Below are positions 19,434-31,858 of a DNA stretch of 64,000 bases, piece after piece. Both the position numbers and the translations under genes were made by a program. Below the pieces are notes generated by a model that searched no databases, had not been told where the DNA came from, and was given only the letters and a program-made list of their open reading frames with translations. Numbering within the stretch: the stretch's first letter is position 1; each line of letters opens with the position of its first letter. This DNA comes from an uncultured Gemmatimonadales bacterium (lineage in GTDB: Bacteria > Gemmatimonadota > Gemmatimonadetes > Gemmatimonadales > GWC2-71-9): positions 192,001 to 256,000 of the forward strand of contig CAWJMT010000004.1 of the NCBI GenBank assembly GCA_963844035.1, given 5' to 3'.

Positions 19434-20108
19434 ATGGCCAAGCTCGTGCGGCCGCTCACGGCTGAATTGATCGGCACGCTGCTGCTTGTCTTCCTGGGTG
19501 CCGGCAGCGTAGTGATGAATGCCGCGACTTCCGGGGGCCTTGGGGCAGTCGGTATTGCGCTGGCTCACGGCGTCGCGATGGCCATCATCGTTTCCGCGAC
19601 GATGAACATCTCCGGCGGACACATCAACCCGGCCGTTACGTTCGCTCTGTGGGTCGCCGGAAAGATTGACGCGAGGACCGCGGGCGCCTACGTGGCAGCG
19701 CAGCTGGTAGGCGCCCTGCTCGGCGCCCTGCTCATCCGGGCGCTCTTCCCCAGCGGCACCGTGCAAGTAACCCTTGGCGGCACCCCTCAGCTCGGGCTCA
19801 GCATCACTCTGATCCAGGGAATCTGGATCGAGTGCGCGTTGACATTCTTCCTGGTCAGCGCCGTCTTCGGGACCGTGGTGTCGCCCGACGCGCCTAAGAT
19901 CGGGGGCTTCGGCATCGGCCTGGCGATCTCGGTGGACGCTCTGGTCGGAGGCAGCCTGACTGGCGCGATGATGAATCCTGCGCGCGCGTTCGGTCCGGCG
20001 CTCCTGGCTGGTGAGATGCACGGTCAGGCGGTGTACTGGATCGGGCCGCTGCTTGGGGCCGCGCTGGCGGCGGCGTTGTGGCGGTGGGTGTTGTTACCTA
20101 GACCGTAG
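19434..20108 (+). CDS. Aquaporin (MIP family)
   Basis: Two NPA motifs (SGGHINPAVT, MNPARAFGP); hydrophobic helices. Confidence 0.95.
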   Translation: MAKLVRPLTAELIGTLLLVFLGAGSVVMNAATSGGLGAVGIALAHGVAMAIIVSATMNISGGHINPAVTFALWVAGKIDARTAGAYVAAQLVGALLGALLIRALFPSGTVQVTLGGTPQLGLSITLIQGIWIECALTFFLVSAVFGTVVSPDAPKIGGFGIGLAISVDALVGGSLTGAMMNPARAFGPALLAGEMHGQAVYWIGPLLGAALAAALWRWVLLPRP

Positions 20109-20119
20109 CCGGCATGTAC

Positions 20120-20147
20120 GTGGGGGCACGGCATGTCGTGCCCCTAC
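20120..20147. repeat. REP-like palindrome between convergent genes
   Basis: Minus strand reads GTAGGGGCACGACATGCCGTGCCCCCAC, a GTAG-capped imperfect palindrome. Confidence 0.6.
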
Positions 20148-20160
20148 CGAAATGCCCGCC

Positions 20161-21132
20161 TTACAACAATTCCGCAGCGGTGGGCGCGAAATAACTGAGC
20201 ACGATGTCCGCACCCGCGCGACGGATCGCGTACAGCGATTCCCACATCGCCCGTGCTTCGTCCAGCATCCCCCGCTCCGCCGCGGCCTTGATCATCGCGT
20301 ACTCGCCGCTCACCTGATATGCGGCGAGCGGGAGATCGAACTCCTGCTTGGCCCGCCGGATCAGATCGAGGCACGGCATCGCCGGCTTGACCATCACGAT
20401 ATCCGCCCCTTCCTCCACGTCGAGCCGGATCTCCCGCATCGCCTCGTCGGCATTGGTCCCCTGCATCTGATACGTTTGCCGGTCGCCGAACTGGGGCGTG
20501 GAGCCCGCGGCCTCACGGAATGGGCCGTAGAACGCGGAGGCCATCTTGGCCGCATATGACATGATGGGCACCCGCGAATGGCCCGCGGCATCGAGCGCTT
20601 TGCGGATTCCCGCTACGCGTCCGTCCATCATGTCGCTCGGGGCCACGATGTCCACGCCGGCGCGCGCCTGCACGACGGCCACTTTGCCGAGCAGGTAGAC
20701 GCTCGAGTCGTTGTCGACGTCCCCGTCCGAGATGACGCCGCAATGGCCGTGATCGGTGTACTCACACAGGCAGACATCGCCGATCACCAGCAGCTTCGGC
20801 ACCGCCCGTTTCACCGCGCGGATCGCCTGCTGCACGATTCCCTGCTCGTCGTACGCCTCGGAGCCGGTGCCGTCCTTGGCATCGGGAAGTCCGAACAGGA
20901 TGACGCCGCCTAACCCCAGGCGCGCCGCCCGCTCGGCGTCCTTCACCAGCTCGTCCACGGATGTTTGAAACACCCCGGGCAAGGCGGAGACTTCATTGCG
21001 CACGCCGTCGCCATGGCGCACGAATAGCGGCCACACGAGCTGTGAGGGGACGAGGTGCGTCTCCTGCACCAGCCGCCGCAGCTCCGGCGTGCGGCGCAGC
21101 CGGCGCAGCCGGCGGATAGGGAAGGAACTCAT
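20161..21132 (-). CDS. hemB: Porphobilinogen synthase
   Basis: [39 protein letters not shown]. Confidence 0.97.
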   Translation of the reverse strand: MSSFPIRRLRRLRRTPELRRLVQETHLVPSQLVWPLFVRHGDGVRNEVSALPGVFQTSVDELVKDAERAARLGLGGVILFGLPDAKDGTGSEAYDEQGIVQQAIRAVKRAVPKLLVIGDVCLCEYTDHGHCGVISDGDVDNDSSVYLLGKVAVVQARAGVDIVAPSDMMDGRVAGIRKALDAAGHSRVPIMSYAAKMASAFYGPFREAAGSTPQFGDRQTYQMQGTNADEAMREIRLDVEEGADIVMVKPAMPCLDLIRRAKQEFDLPLAAYQVSGEYAMIKAAAERGMLDEARAMWESLYAIRRAGADIVLSYFAPTAAELL

Positions 21133-22061
21133 CGCGCGAGTAACTCTAGTGCGCCCTGCGCTCGGAGCAAGTCCGCGACCGCGACGCCCGTCGCATCCGG
21201 GTTCTCGGAGTCGAACTCGGCGGATGCCGTGATCTGAATCGAGCCATCGGTTGCCGTTACGCGACCGTAGAGCCGACCCCGCCCCCTTCCCCCGTCCCCC
21301 TTCCCCGCCTCTACATATGCCGCGACCGGCGCCTGGCACCCGCCTCCCAGGGCCGCAAGCACGCGGCGCTCCGCTGCGGCGTGGCTCGCGGTGTCCCGGT
21401 GATTGAGCGGCTGGAGCGCGGCCAGCGCGCGCGAATCCCCAACGCGGATTTCGATCCCGAGCGCACCCTGGCCGGGCGCCGGCATCACTTCGAAGGGGTC
21501 GAGGCGTACGGCAATCGCCTCGGAGAGGCCGAGCCGCTCGAGGCCGGCGCATGCGAGCAAGGCGGCGTCGAGGTCGGAGCCTTCCTTCACTTTCCGCACC
21601 CGTGTCGGCACGTTGCCGCGCAGCGACACGACCTCGAGGTCGTTCCGGAGATAGCGCACCTGCGCCACACGCCGCAGGCTCGACGTGCCCACCCGCGCGC
21701 CGGGAGCGAGCTGCGCGATGGATGTCACGTTGCCGTCGCGCGCCACCAGCACGTCGCGGGAATCGGCACGCTCCGGAACGGCGCCAAGCATCAAACCCGG
21801 CGCAAAAGTGGTGGGCAGGTCCTTCAGGGAGTGGACGGCGATATCGACCCGGCCGTCCAGCAGCGCGTCCTCGATGGCCTTCGTGAAGAACCCAGTCCCT
21901 TCGAGCTCCTGGAGGGGACGGCCGACGTCAGCGTCGCCCTGGGTGGTGATGATGACCACTTCGGTCTGGACGGCGTGACGGGCGAGGCGCTCGCGGACCC
22001 ACTCCGTCTGCCAGCGAGCCAGATCGCTCCCCCGCGTGCCGATCCTGAGGGCGCCGCTCAC
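21129..22061 (-). CDS. hemC: Hydroxymethylbilane synthase
   Basis: [34 protein letters not shown]. Confidence 0.97.
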   Translation of the reverse strand: MSGALRIGTRGSDLARWQTEWVRERLARHAVQTEVVIITTQGDADVGRPLQELEGTGFFTKAIEDALLDGRVDIAVHSLKDLPTTFAPGLMLGAVPERADSRDVLVARDGNVTSIAQLAPGARVGTSSLRRVAQVRYLRNDLEVVSLRGNVPTRVRKVKEGSDLDAALLACAGLERLGLSEAIAVRLDPFEVMPAPGQGALGIEIRVGDSRALAALQPLNHRDTASHAAAERRVLAALGGGCQAPVAAYVEAGKGDGGRGRGRLYGRVTATDGSIQITASAEFDSENPDATGVAVADLLRAQGALELLAR

Positions 22062-22843
22062 GCACCCGCCGGCGGTGTGAAGTGGCTCGCCAGGGCCTGC
22101 AGCAGCCCGGCAGTGGTGTGCTCCACGGCTTCGATGGCGACCGGCAGACCGTACTCGCGCGCCGTAGCGCCGGTGATGGGTCCGATCACTGCAGCCCGGT
22201 AACGATCACTCCTCGCCGCCTCGGCGCCGACACTCTGCACGAAGGAATGCACCGTTGACGACGAGGTGAACGTGATCGCATCGATCCGTCCCGCCAGAAT
22301 CTCCCGTGCGAGGGCCGCGCCGTCCTCGAGCGCCGGCACGGTGCGGTACACGGGGATCACGTCCACCTGCGCCCCCGCCTTCCGCAGCCCCTCGGCCAGG
22401 GTGTCGCGGGCGATTTCCGCCTGAGGGATCAGCACGCGGGCACCGTGCAGGTCACCCTGCGACGCGACCGCCTCGACCAACGATTCCGCCACGTACCCCT
22501 CGGGGAGAAGATCCACGTGCACGCCGCGCGCCGTGAGCGCCTGGCCCGTTGCCGGACCGATGGCCGCGACGCGCGCCGTCGCAAAACTGCCCGCCGGCGG
22601 CATCTGGTCGAAGACGACGGCGACCGCGTTCTGGCTGGTGAAAACGACCCACCGGTACTGCTCGATGCGGGCGAGCGCGGTGCGCAGCGGCTCGAGGTCC
22701 GCCACCGGTTCGATGCGAATGGCAGGGGCCGTGACGACCACCGCGCCCAGCGCCGCGAGACCCTGCACCAGCTCCCCCGCCTGCTCGCGCGCGCGGGTGA
22801 TGACGATTCGCCGTCCCGCGAGCGGCTGCGACGCGTGCGTCAT
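22058..22843 (-). CDS. hemD: Uroporphyrinogen-III synthase
   Basis: ITRAREQA, VFTSQNAV, AIGPAT, FTSSSTV, IGPIT. Confidence 0.93.
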   Translation of the reverse strand: MTHASQPLAGRRIVITRAREQAGELVQGLAALGAVVVTAPAIRIEPVADLEPLRTALARIEQYRWVVFTSQNAVAVVFDQMPPAGSFATARVAAIGPATGQALTARGVHVDLLPEGYVAESLVEAVASQGDLHGARVLIPQAEIARDTLAEGLRKAGAQVDVIPVYRTVPALEDGAALAREILAGRIDAITFTSSSTVHSFVQSVGAEAARSDRYRAAVIGPITGATAREYGLPVAIEAVEHTTAGLLQALASHFTPPAGA

Positions 22844-22884
22844 GGCTGGTTGCAATTTCACCGTCCCAAAACCCATTATCAACC

Positions 22885-23465
22885 ATGCTCCGATCCATTC
22901 GCACCGTGCTGGCCCGTTTTGCCCTCGCGTCGTGCGGCGGCCTGCCAGCGACACGCCCCACGCCGGGCCGCCCGCTGGCTGCAGCTAGGCTGCTGGCTGT
23001 CGCCCGTGTTTGCCGAGCCGTTCCCCGCGCTGGTGCACCTGTATCGCGCCCTGGAAGATCGCCTGGCAGCGCTGGCCGTCGCGCAAACCGCCGTCAGCCG
23101 CTTCTCCGGGAACCCCGACGCGTGGATGCTGCTGGGCGAGGCCAGTCAGATGGCGTTTCGCCAGCGTGAGGCGCTCATTGCTTACGAGCAGGCAATCGCG
23201 ATCGAAGAGCGGCCCGACGCATGCATGGCCGCTGGGGAGCTGTATCTGCGCGCCGGCGAAGCCCAGCCACGCCGCCGCCCGGTTCGCCCGCGCGTACGCC
23301 GCGGGGGGCGGCGCCGCGGCGCTGCGGGCCAACGCCGGCGCCCTGTTCCAGGCCGGCGACCTGCGGGCAGCGGACGAAGCGCTCAGCCTGTGGGCGACGC
23401 AGGTCCCGGACGGTTTGGAGCGATTGGCTGGTGAGCGCGCCGAGCTGCGCGGCCGCGGCGCGTAG
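22885..23465 (+). CDS. TPR-like protein (frameshifted)
   Basis: Helical TPR-like repeats (PDAWMLLGEA, ALIAYEQAI) across ORFs 22445..23434 and 23010..23465. Confidence 0.55.
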
Positions 23466-23469
23466 CGCC

Positions 23470-23571
23470 TCAGCGGTTCCGCGACCGGCCGTAGAGGTTG
23501 AACGCGTACCCGACCAAGATGGCGGCCGCCACGATGTAGGCGGCCACCATGTAACCCTCGTTGTGAGGCAT
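23470..23571 (-). CDS. ccmD: CcmD-like small membrane peptide (33 aa)
   Basis: MPHNEGYMVAAYIVAAAILVGYAFNLYGRSRNR: Y-x-x-A-A-Y hydrophobic helix with basic tail, directly after ccmC. Confidence 0.7.
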   Translation of the reverse strand: MPHNEGYMVAAYIVAAAILVGYAFNLYGRSRNR

Positions 23572-23574
23572 CCG

Positions 23575-24240
23575 TCAGGCCTCTCCCAACGCGTCCTGCT
23601 CGGTTGCAACCCCGTACACCTGCATCACGAACCCGATGTACAACACCGTGAACACGACGAATGATGCCAGGAGCGTGATGAGCATCTCCTCGGGCAACGA
23701 CGGTGCGCTGGGCTTCAGCACCACCGGCTGGGGATGCAACGTGCGAAACAGGTACACGCTGAGATGAATGAAGGGAAGCAGCACGAGACCGCAAATCCCC
23801 AGCACCGCGGAGTACCGCGCGCGCAAGGACGTCTCGAGCACCGCGCCCCGCAACAGCAGATAGCCGACGAACAAGAAGAAGAGAAATAAGGTGAGCGTGA
23901 GGCGCGCGTCCCAGGTCCACCACGTGCCCCAGATCGGCTTCGCCCAGATCGGACCGGTGGTCAGCATCACCAGCGAAAACGCGGTGCCCACTTCGGCGGA
24001 AGCGGCGGCGAAGCGGTCGTAGCGGTAGTCGCGCATCAGGAGGAACAGGATGCTCGCGATGCCTACCAGCCCCATCGCCAGCATCGCGGACCATGCCGCG
24101 GGGACGTGCACGTAGAAGATCTTCTGGGCGGGCCCTTGGCTGCTCTCGAGCGGGGTGAACGCCAACGCGCGCACGTACACCCCGGCGAGCAGCACCAGCC
24201 CTACGAGGGTCACCCACCGGCCGCGCTGCGCTGTCGTCAT
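23575..24240 (-). CDS. ccmC: Heme exporter / cytochrome c maturation permease C
   Basis: YVHVP, WAKPIWGTWWTWDARLT (WWD motif), TLHP. Confidence 0.95.
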   Translation of the reverse strand: MTTAQRGRWVTLVGLVLLAGVYVRALAFTPLESSQGPAQKIFYVHVPAAWSAMLAMGLVGIASILFLLMRDYRYDRFAAASAEVGTAFSLVMLTTGPIWAKPIWGTWWTWDARLTLTLFLFFLFVGYLLLRGAVLETSLRARYSAVLGICGLVLLPFIHLSVYLFRTLHPQPVVLKPSAPSLPEEMLITLLASFVVFTVLYIGFVMQVYGVATEQDALGEA

Positions 24241-24917
24241 TCGTTCACCGTCGCGGGAAACAGCATCGTCGCAAGCGCCAGGAACACAATGTCGTACGCG
24301 GCGAGCAACCTAAGCCAGCCCGCCACCTCGCTCAAGGGGCGCGCCGCGAGCAGAGCGGCGGTCACCTGCACCGCCCCCACCAGGGGCGGGATCAAGAACG
24401 GCAGCAGCAGCACCGGCAGCATCAGCTCGGCGAACCGGGTGCGGATCACCATCGCGCTGAACAGCGTGCCCACGGCCACGAACCCCACGGTCGCGAGCGC
24501 GATCACGCCGGCCAGCGGTCCGAGAATGCTCCAGACCGAAACGTCGAAGAAGAGCACGAACAACGGCAGCCCAACGCACTCCACCACGCCCACGAACACG
24601 CAGTTCGCGACGAATTTTGCCAGGTACAGACTCCCGCGGCTGATCGGCGTGGCGAGCAGGGCGTCGAGCGCGTCGTTTTCGAGCTCGAGCTGAAACGCAC
24701 GGTTGAGCCCCAGCATCGCGGCGAACGTGAATGTGACCCAGAGAATGCTGGGCGCGAGGTCGATGGTCGGCACCGAGGTGGGGTCGCGCCCGAAGTTGAA
24801 CACCGTCAGCACCAGGGCCGTGAACACGACCGCCGAGAGGAATGCGGTTCGCGTACGGAACTCGAGGACGAGGTCCTTGCGTGCGATCACCCAGGCGTGC
24901 CGCAGCAGGTCACTCAT
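24237..24917 (-). CDS. ccmB: Heme exporter protein B
   Basis: KDL.LE.R, E.EN..LD.L, LLP.L.P motifs; lies between ccmA and ccmC. Confidence 0.92.
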   Translation of the reverse strand: MSDLLRHAWVIARKDLVLEFRTRTAFLSAVVFTALVLTVFNFGRDPTSVPTIDLAPSILWVTFTFAAMLGLNRAFQLELENDALDALLATPISRGSLYLAKFVANCVFVGVVECVGLPLFVLFFDVSVWSILGPLAGVIALATVGFVAVGTLFSAMVIRTRFAELMLPVLLLPFLIPPLVGAVQVTAALLAARPLSEVAGWLRLLAAYDIVFLALATMLFPATVNE

Positions 24918-25612
24918 TGCCCACCGCCTGGCGATACGCCGCCGCGATTTCACCCGCGCCGCGCGTGCCGCGCGGCGCAAAGTGCACGAACCGGCCCCGT
25001 GCCTGGAACGCCACGTCGGTCGCGAGCTCTACGCCTTCGTCCACGTTGTGCGTCGCGAGGACGACGATGCGGCCCGCCCCGGTCAGCTCGGCCAGCAAGG
25101 CGCGCGAACTGTCCGGCGGCGGCGAGGTCGAGCCCCGTGAACGGCTCGTCCAGGAGCAGGACGCGGGGGTCGTGCATCAGGGCGCGCGCGATCGTCACCC
25201 GCTGCGTCAGGCCGCGCGACAGCACGCGGACCGGCACGTCGGCCCGGTCGGCGACCCCGAGGCGCCGCAGCAGCTGATCCGCGCGGTCCGCGCGCTGCCC
25301 GGCCGGCACGTCGTACAGCGCCGCCCAGAACAGCAGGTTCTCCCGGACGGTCAGGTGGCCGTACAGATGCGATTGATGCCCGATCCACCCCACCGCGCGC
25401 TTGCCCCCCTCGACCTCCGCGCGCCCCTCCAGGGGCCGGATCAACCCGGCGAGCACACGCAGCAGCGTCGTCTTCCCGGACCCGTTCGGACCGAACAGCA
25501 CGAGCGTCTGCCCTGCGGACAGGCTGAAGGAGATGCCGTCGAGGGCCCGCACGGGCCCGAAGGTGTGCCGCAGTCCTTCAGCGCGCAGCATCGATGCGTG
25601 CGGCGAGGTCAT
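24910..25612 (-). CDS. ccmA: Heme ABC exporter ATP-binding protein (frameshift near 25100)
   Basis: Walker A GPNGSGKT, LSRG signature, LLDEPFTGLD; C-terminus (ATH) in another frame. Confidence 0.88.
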
Positions 25613-25946
25613 CCATGGCGAAAGGCTTGACCAGATATCCGCTGTGCCCGAGGTCGAGCACGCCCATGAGCGGTTCCATGCTGACGTAGGCAGTCGTCAC
25701 AACCACCGGGAGATCGGGGTGAGTGACGCGGATTTTCTGGAGTAGCGCGACACCGTCGGTATCGGGCAGCCGCATGTCGAGCACCAGCACGTCGGGATTG
25801 AATGTCTGGAGCTGTGACAGCGCTTCGCTGCCGCTGCCGGCAAACGCCATTTCGTAGGTGGTCGCGAAACAGCGGACGTAGGTTGACCGGATCGCGGGTT
25901 CGTCTTCGACAAACAGAACCCTGCGCCGTGCCGTCACGCGCTCCAT
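25578..25946 (-). CDS. Single-domain response regulator
   Basis: VEDE, LDMRLP, T, KPF receiver motifs. Confidence 0.9.
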   Translation of the reverse strand: MERVTARRRVLFVEDEPAIRSTYVRCFATTYEMAFAGSGSEALSQLQTFNPDVLVLDMRLPDTDGVALLQKIRVTHPDLPVVVTTAYVSMEPLMGVLDLGHSGYLVKPFAMDDLAARIDAAR

Positions 25947-26027
25947 GGGGGCGCAATATACGCCGGACTCGGGCGTCCGGCGCAACGCTTCATGAGAGGC
26001 GACGCGCCGCCATGGCGGCGACGCGTG

Positions 26028-26354
26028 CTACAGCGCGCTCTCCAGCTCGAAGAGGTCATCGAGTTTCGTCAGCACCAGCAGGAACCGCAGCTCCTCGTTG
26101 GCTCCACGCAGACGCACGCTGAGGCGCCGCTCGGCCGCTTTGCGCTGGATCAGCATCAGTGCCCCAAGACCCGCCGAGTCCACCGCGCGCGTGCCCGACA
26201 GATCGATCACCAGACGGCCTGCGCCCTCCGGCAACTGATCCACCAGCTCGCCCGCCGCGCGCCGAAACGCAGTCCGTGAATCGAGACCGAGTTCCGCTGG
26301 CGCTGCCAGGACTTTCTCCGTCGGGTGAGGCGTCATCGCCATAAGCTCCTCCAC
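26028..26354 (-). CDS. STAS domain anti-sigma-factor antagonist
   Basis: IDLSG..AVDSAGLG phosphoserine motif. Confidence 0.88.
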   Translation of the reverse strand: MEELMAMTPHPTEKVLAAPAELGLDSRTAFRRAAGELVDQLPEGAGRLVIDLSGTRAVDSAGLGALMLIQRKAAERRLSVRLRGANEELRFLLVLTKLDDLFELESAL

Positions 26355-26388
26355 AACACCATCTCCACTGAGAGTTGCCGCCTCCCAG

Positions 26389-26404
26389 TGCGACTCCGGT
26401 GCCA
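26389..26404 (-). promoter_or_regulatory. Candidate sigma-54 promoter for the STAS gene
   Basis: Minus strand reads TGGCAC-CGGAG-TCGCA. Confidence 0.4.
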
Positions 26405-26554
26405 GCCAGCTAACCTGCGTCGAGTCAATCAGTTGTCAAAGCGACGTGAGCCCCCTCACCAGCTCCCTTTGCCGCAGAGCGAGCGCCCGCACGCAGTTTG
26501 CAAGGTGCGGCACCGTGCTTGACCATCACCTCAGAGGCGTGCATACGTACACCC

Positions 26555-28496
<1,942 letters not shown>

Positions 28497-28500
<4 letters not shown>

Positions 28501-28935
28501 GGGATCCGCGCGCTACGGCCGGCTCGCAGCTCGAGCAGCGCCAGCGCGGTGATGGCCGTGATGAGGACCGCCGAGCCCGACGCACCAGCGGCAAATGGCG
28601 TGGATCACGAACAGCTCGAGCGCGGTGAGGTAGAGCGTGAAGGCGAACCCCAGGCGACGCCAGGACCGCGACCGCGATGTCGAGCCCGCGGCGCGGCACG
28701 CGGGCTGGCTGCACCGCCACGAGGCTCAGCGCCGAACAAGACGGCGTACCCCGCCACCCCGTAGAGCGCTACCGGAAGGCCCAGGAAGTCGGAGTACGCG
28801 GCTGGCCTGGACGGTGTCGCACCCGCCCGTGCCGCATTGCAGCACCCCGATCACGCCGAGCTTGTGCAGCCAGAGGTACAGCGAAACGAATACGCCGGCC
28901 AGCGCCAGAACCGCGATCGCCTGGCGGCGGCGCAC
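28497..28935 (-). CDS. Vitamin K epoxide reductase family (DsbB-alternative) protein (frameshifted)
   Basis: [10 protein letters not shown] loop cysteines and [13 protein letters not shown] active-site CxxC read across frames. Confidence 0.8.
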
Positions 28936-29595
28936 TAGTGCTTGCGGGCTTTGATCATGCTGTCCACCACGGCTTTGAAGACGTCCGACGTGGGGAAGCC
29001 GTTGAACTTGCCGCCGTTAAAATAGAACTTGGGTGTGGCGTCCACTCCCAGCCGCGATGCCTTCCTGAAGGCTCTCCGCGATGCGGGCGGCATATCGCTT
29101 GCTGTCCATACACGCGTCGTAGCGCTCGGTGTCGAGCCCGACCGTCTTGGCGAACTCGCGAAACTTCCCGCTCGGATTCCTGCTCTGTGACCACTGGCTC
29201 TGATTGAAAAACAGCTGATCATGCATGTCCCAGAACTTCCCCTGCTCGCCTGCGCACTCTGCGGCGAGCGCCGCGATTTTCGAGTGCTGGTGGCTCTCCA
29301 GCGGGAATGGGCGGAACCGCAGCTGGACCTTGCCGGTGTTGATGAGCTGCGCGCGCACTTCAGGCATCTGGACGGTCACAAACGAGGCGCAGTAGGGGCA
29401 CTGGAAGTCCGAGTACACGGTGATGTGAACCGGCGCCGAGTCGCTGCCCAGCGTGTACCCCTTGAACCCGCTGGCCGCCACCGGTGCCGGGCCGGAGGAC
29501 ACCGGCGACTCCGCCGGCTTGTGCTGGGCTGAATACACCAGCCACGCCGCGCCGCCGACGCCGACCACTGCCAGCAAGACGTAGAAGCCCTTCAT
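28935..29595 (-). CDS. DsbA-family thioredoxin protein (frameshift near 29050)
   Basis: N-terminal anchor, SDFQCPYC, FPL..H, and GV.ATP cis-Pro loop in the second frame. Confidence 0.88.
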
Positions 29596-29915
29596 GCCGA
29601 TCCTCCTCGCCAGGGTTGCGCGTCGTCGTCCCCGTCACCAGTGCCGAAATCCAGGTCGCGCGCCCGCCGCTCCGCCTCCTCGACGATCCGCCGGCGTTCC
29701 GCGACTTCGGGCGTGTCGTACGTGAGTCGCACCTCGTAGTGGAACAGCTCGCTGCGCGCGTCGCCGAGCAGCGTCTGCAGCTCGGGAGCCGCATCGAGCA
29801 ACTGGCCGGTCCGGTCGAGGTCCTGGATACGCCGGGCCAGCGCCTGGAGCAGCGCCACGAGGTGCTGCGCGCGCTCGGGGCCGTACACTTGATCTTGATC
29901 GCGATCGTCGATCAT
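29592..29915 (-). CDS. Conserved hypothetical protein
   Basis: 107-aa helical ORF coupled to dsbA, preceded by a strong promoter. Confidence 0.65.
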   Translation of the reverse strand: MIDDRDQDQVYGPERAQHLVALLQALARRIQDLDRTGQLLDAAPELQTLLGDARSELFHYEVRLTYDTPEVAERRRIVEEAERRARDLDFGTGDGDDDAQPWRGGSA

Positions 29916-29958
29916 GTTACCGCCCTTCGGTGAACCGCGTTCAGCCAGCCGTCATGTG

Positions 29959-29967
29959 ATTATAGCA
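29959..29967 (-). promoter_or_regulatory. Extended -10 promoter for the hyp-dsbA-vkor operon
   Basis: Minus strand reads TGCTATAAT (TGnTATAAT). Confidence 0.6.
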
Positions 29968-29987
29968 CGGTTCGGCAACCTCAGGCC

Positions 29988-30016
29988 TTGGAAAAGCCTA
30001 CTGGCGTGAGTACATT
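29988..30016 (+). promoter_or_regulatory. Sigma-70 promoter for the 30069 gene
   Basis: TTGGAA-N17-TACATT. Confidence 0.5.
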
Positions 30017-30068
30017 GTGGCGCTCGTTCACCCGCATACCGATCTGAATCGCGAGGAGATGCCTCTGC

Positions 30069-30338
30069 ATGGGTAAAAAGCGTCCGGAAGCCCGCAGGCC
30101 GACCAACCCCACCGCCTTCGAACAAGCGCGCGACGAACTGTTCTCCCATATCCTGCGGTGCGGGGTCCTCGAAGCGGCACTTGAGCATCAGAACGAGTGG
30201 TTCGACGATACGATCTCCTATCTGCAGGATCGCTACCCGGACCTGGACGACGAGCAGGTAACCGAGCTTCGGGTGCTGGGCGAGCGTTATTGCCGGCCGG
30301 TGGTGGCCCGTACGATGCCTGTGGGCGCGGCGAGCTGA
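30069..30338 (+). CDS. Hypothetical protein (89 aa)
   Basis: RBS GAGGAG, protein-like composition, promoter upstream and hairpin downstream. Confidence 0.7.
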   Translation: MGKKRPEARRPTNPTAFEQARDELFSHILRCGVLEAALEHQNEWFDDTISYLQDRYPDLDDEQVTELRVLGERYCRPVVARTMPVGAAS

Positions 30339-30370
30339 TCGACGGGCCGCAGGTCGGAACGGAGACGGAC

Positions 30371-30400
30371 AGGGCGCTCGAGCGAGCGCCCTTCGTGTTT
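30371..30400 (+). terminator. Intrinsic terminator candidate
   Basis: AGGGCGCTCG-AG-CGAGCGCCCT followed by TCGTGTTT. Confidence 0.55.
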
Positions 30401-30865
30401 CTGAGTGCGACGGGCTGGTGAGAGCCGCCAGCACAGGCCTGCCGCCAGATGCACCCCTCCCTCGACCCCCGCCTCCACGAACCAGCCCCGAGCTCGCCCT
30501 GGCTTCCCCTCCACGCCAAGCATCACGGCCAGGTAACCCGCGCTGCGCGCTCCCTCCGCCCCGGCGTACGTCACGCCGACGCCGCCGTAGGGGCGCACCG
30601 CGACCCCCACCGCCATCGAGCACGAACTGCACTGCGGCGGTGGCCCGCACCGCGGGCGCCCCTCCGGCCTCCCCGACGGCGACGCTGAGCGCTTCGCGGC
30701 GGCCACCGGGATGCCGCCGTGCGACACCCAGGTCCGCCCCCCAAAAGTCCTGGTCGCGACCACGCCGCGGGCGCCGCCCCGCAGCTCCGTCACCGTGACG
30801 CGCTGGGCGGCCGCGCCGCACGGGGCTGTGGCGGCGGCTGAGCGCCAACGCCCAACGGGTGAGCG
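30400..30865 (-). CDS. Possible small outer-membrane beta-barrel protein (multiply frameshifted, boundaries uncertain)
   Basis: VRPYGGVGVTY...WFVEAGVEGGVHLAAGLCWR beta-strand pattern. Confidence 0.3.
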
Positions 30866-30867
30866 CG

Positions 30868-31278
30868 TCAGCGCAGCGTGACGTCGTAGGTGACGGGAAT
30901 GTCGGGGGCGAGTGATGCCACGACCGAGCAGTACTTGTCGAGCGACAGATCGATGGCGCGCCGCGCCTTGGCCTCGTCGGCACCCGCGCCCGCGATGGTG
31001 AAGTGCATGCGCACCGCGGTGAAGCGCCGGGGTTGTTCGTCGCGCCGGGTGCCCTGTACGGCCACCTCGAGAGACTCGAGCGCGACGCGCTGTTTGACAA
31101 GAATCGACACCACGTCGGCGGCCGTGCAGGTGGCGGCGGCGAGCAGCAACAGCTCGACCGGCGACGTGGCGGCCTTGCTGTCGCCGTCCACCACGATCGC
31201 CGGCCGGCCGGGGGCGCCGCCTTCGAACACCATTTTCTCGCGCCACCGCACCTGAATGTCGGACCCGCCCGCCGCCAT
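30868..31278 (-). CDS. OsmC/YhfA family protein
   Basis: SPVELLL.A.ATC and KYCSV two-cysteine motifs. Confidence 0.92.
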   Translation of the reverse strand: MAAGGSDIQVRWREKMVFEGGAPGRPAIVVDGDSKAATSPVELLLLAAATCTAADVVSILVKQRVALESLEVAVQGTRRDEQPRRFTAVRMHFTIAGAGADEAKARRAIDLSLDKYCSVVASLAPDIPVTYDVTLR

Positions 31279-31280
31279 CG

Positions 31281-31823
31281 TCAGTTCCCCCGCCGTGTGG
31301 TCAGGCCCAGGTACACGCGGTTCCGATGGAACGCGTCCAGCGCGTGATACTCGATGAGCCAGTTGAACGTCGAGCGATAGCGCACTTCGATTCCGAGCAC
31401 CGTGTTGACCCACACCCCGGGACAGCCGGGGTCTGCGCTGCACTCCTTGTGCCCGGCGACGCCGACACCGCCGCCGAGGTACGGGATCACGACCTCGTTG
31501 TCTCCGGCGAGACGGTACACCGCTTCAAAACTTCCTACGTACGAGTCGCTGGTACCGAGGAATCCGATTTCTGCCGACGGCCTGAGGCGCAGGCGATTGA
31601 CGAACAGATTCCCGACGTCCAGTGCGATCCCGAACACGGCTTCTCCATCCCCCGCGAAGTCGGCCCCGCCGCGGACGCCGAACCCCAGCAGTCCGATCCG
31701 CGTGCCGCCCCGCACCTGGCGCTGCACCGGCGGTGGGGGGAATTCCTGTGCGGACAGCGGGACCGTCAGAGTCACGCCGGCCACCAGCAACATGCCGACG
31801 GCGCCGAGCCGCCACGGTTTCAC
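31281..31823 (-). CDS. Outer-membrane beta-barrel domain protein
   Basis: Signal peptide; PYLGGGVG and alternating beta-strand pattern. Confidence 0.7.
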   Translation of the reverse strand: MKPWRLGAVGMLLVAGVTLTVPLSAQEFPPPPVQRQVRGGTRIGLLGFGVRGGADFAGDGEAVFGIALDVGNLFVNRLRLRPSAEIGFLGTSDSYVGSFEAVYRLAGDNEVVIPYLGGGVGVAGHKECSADPGCPGVWVNTVLGIEVRYRSTFNWLIEYHALDAFHRNRVYLGLTTRRGN

Positions 31824-31858
31824 TTGCTCCCCCCTTCCAGGACACGTACTTTCACGCC

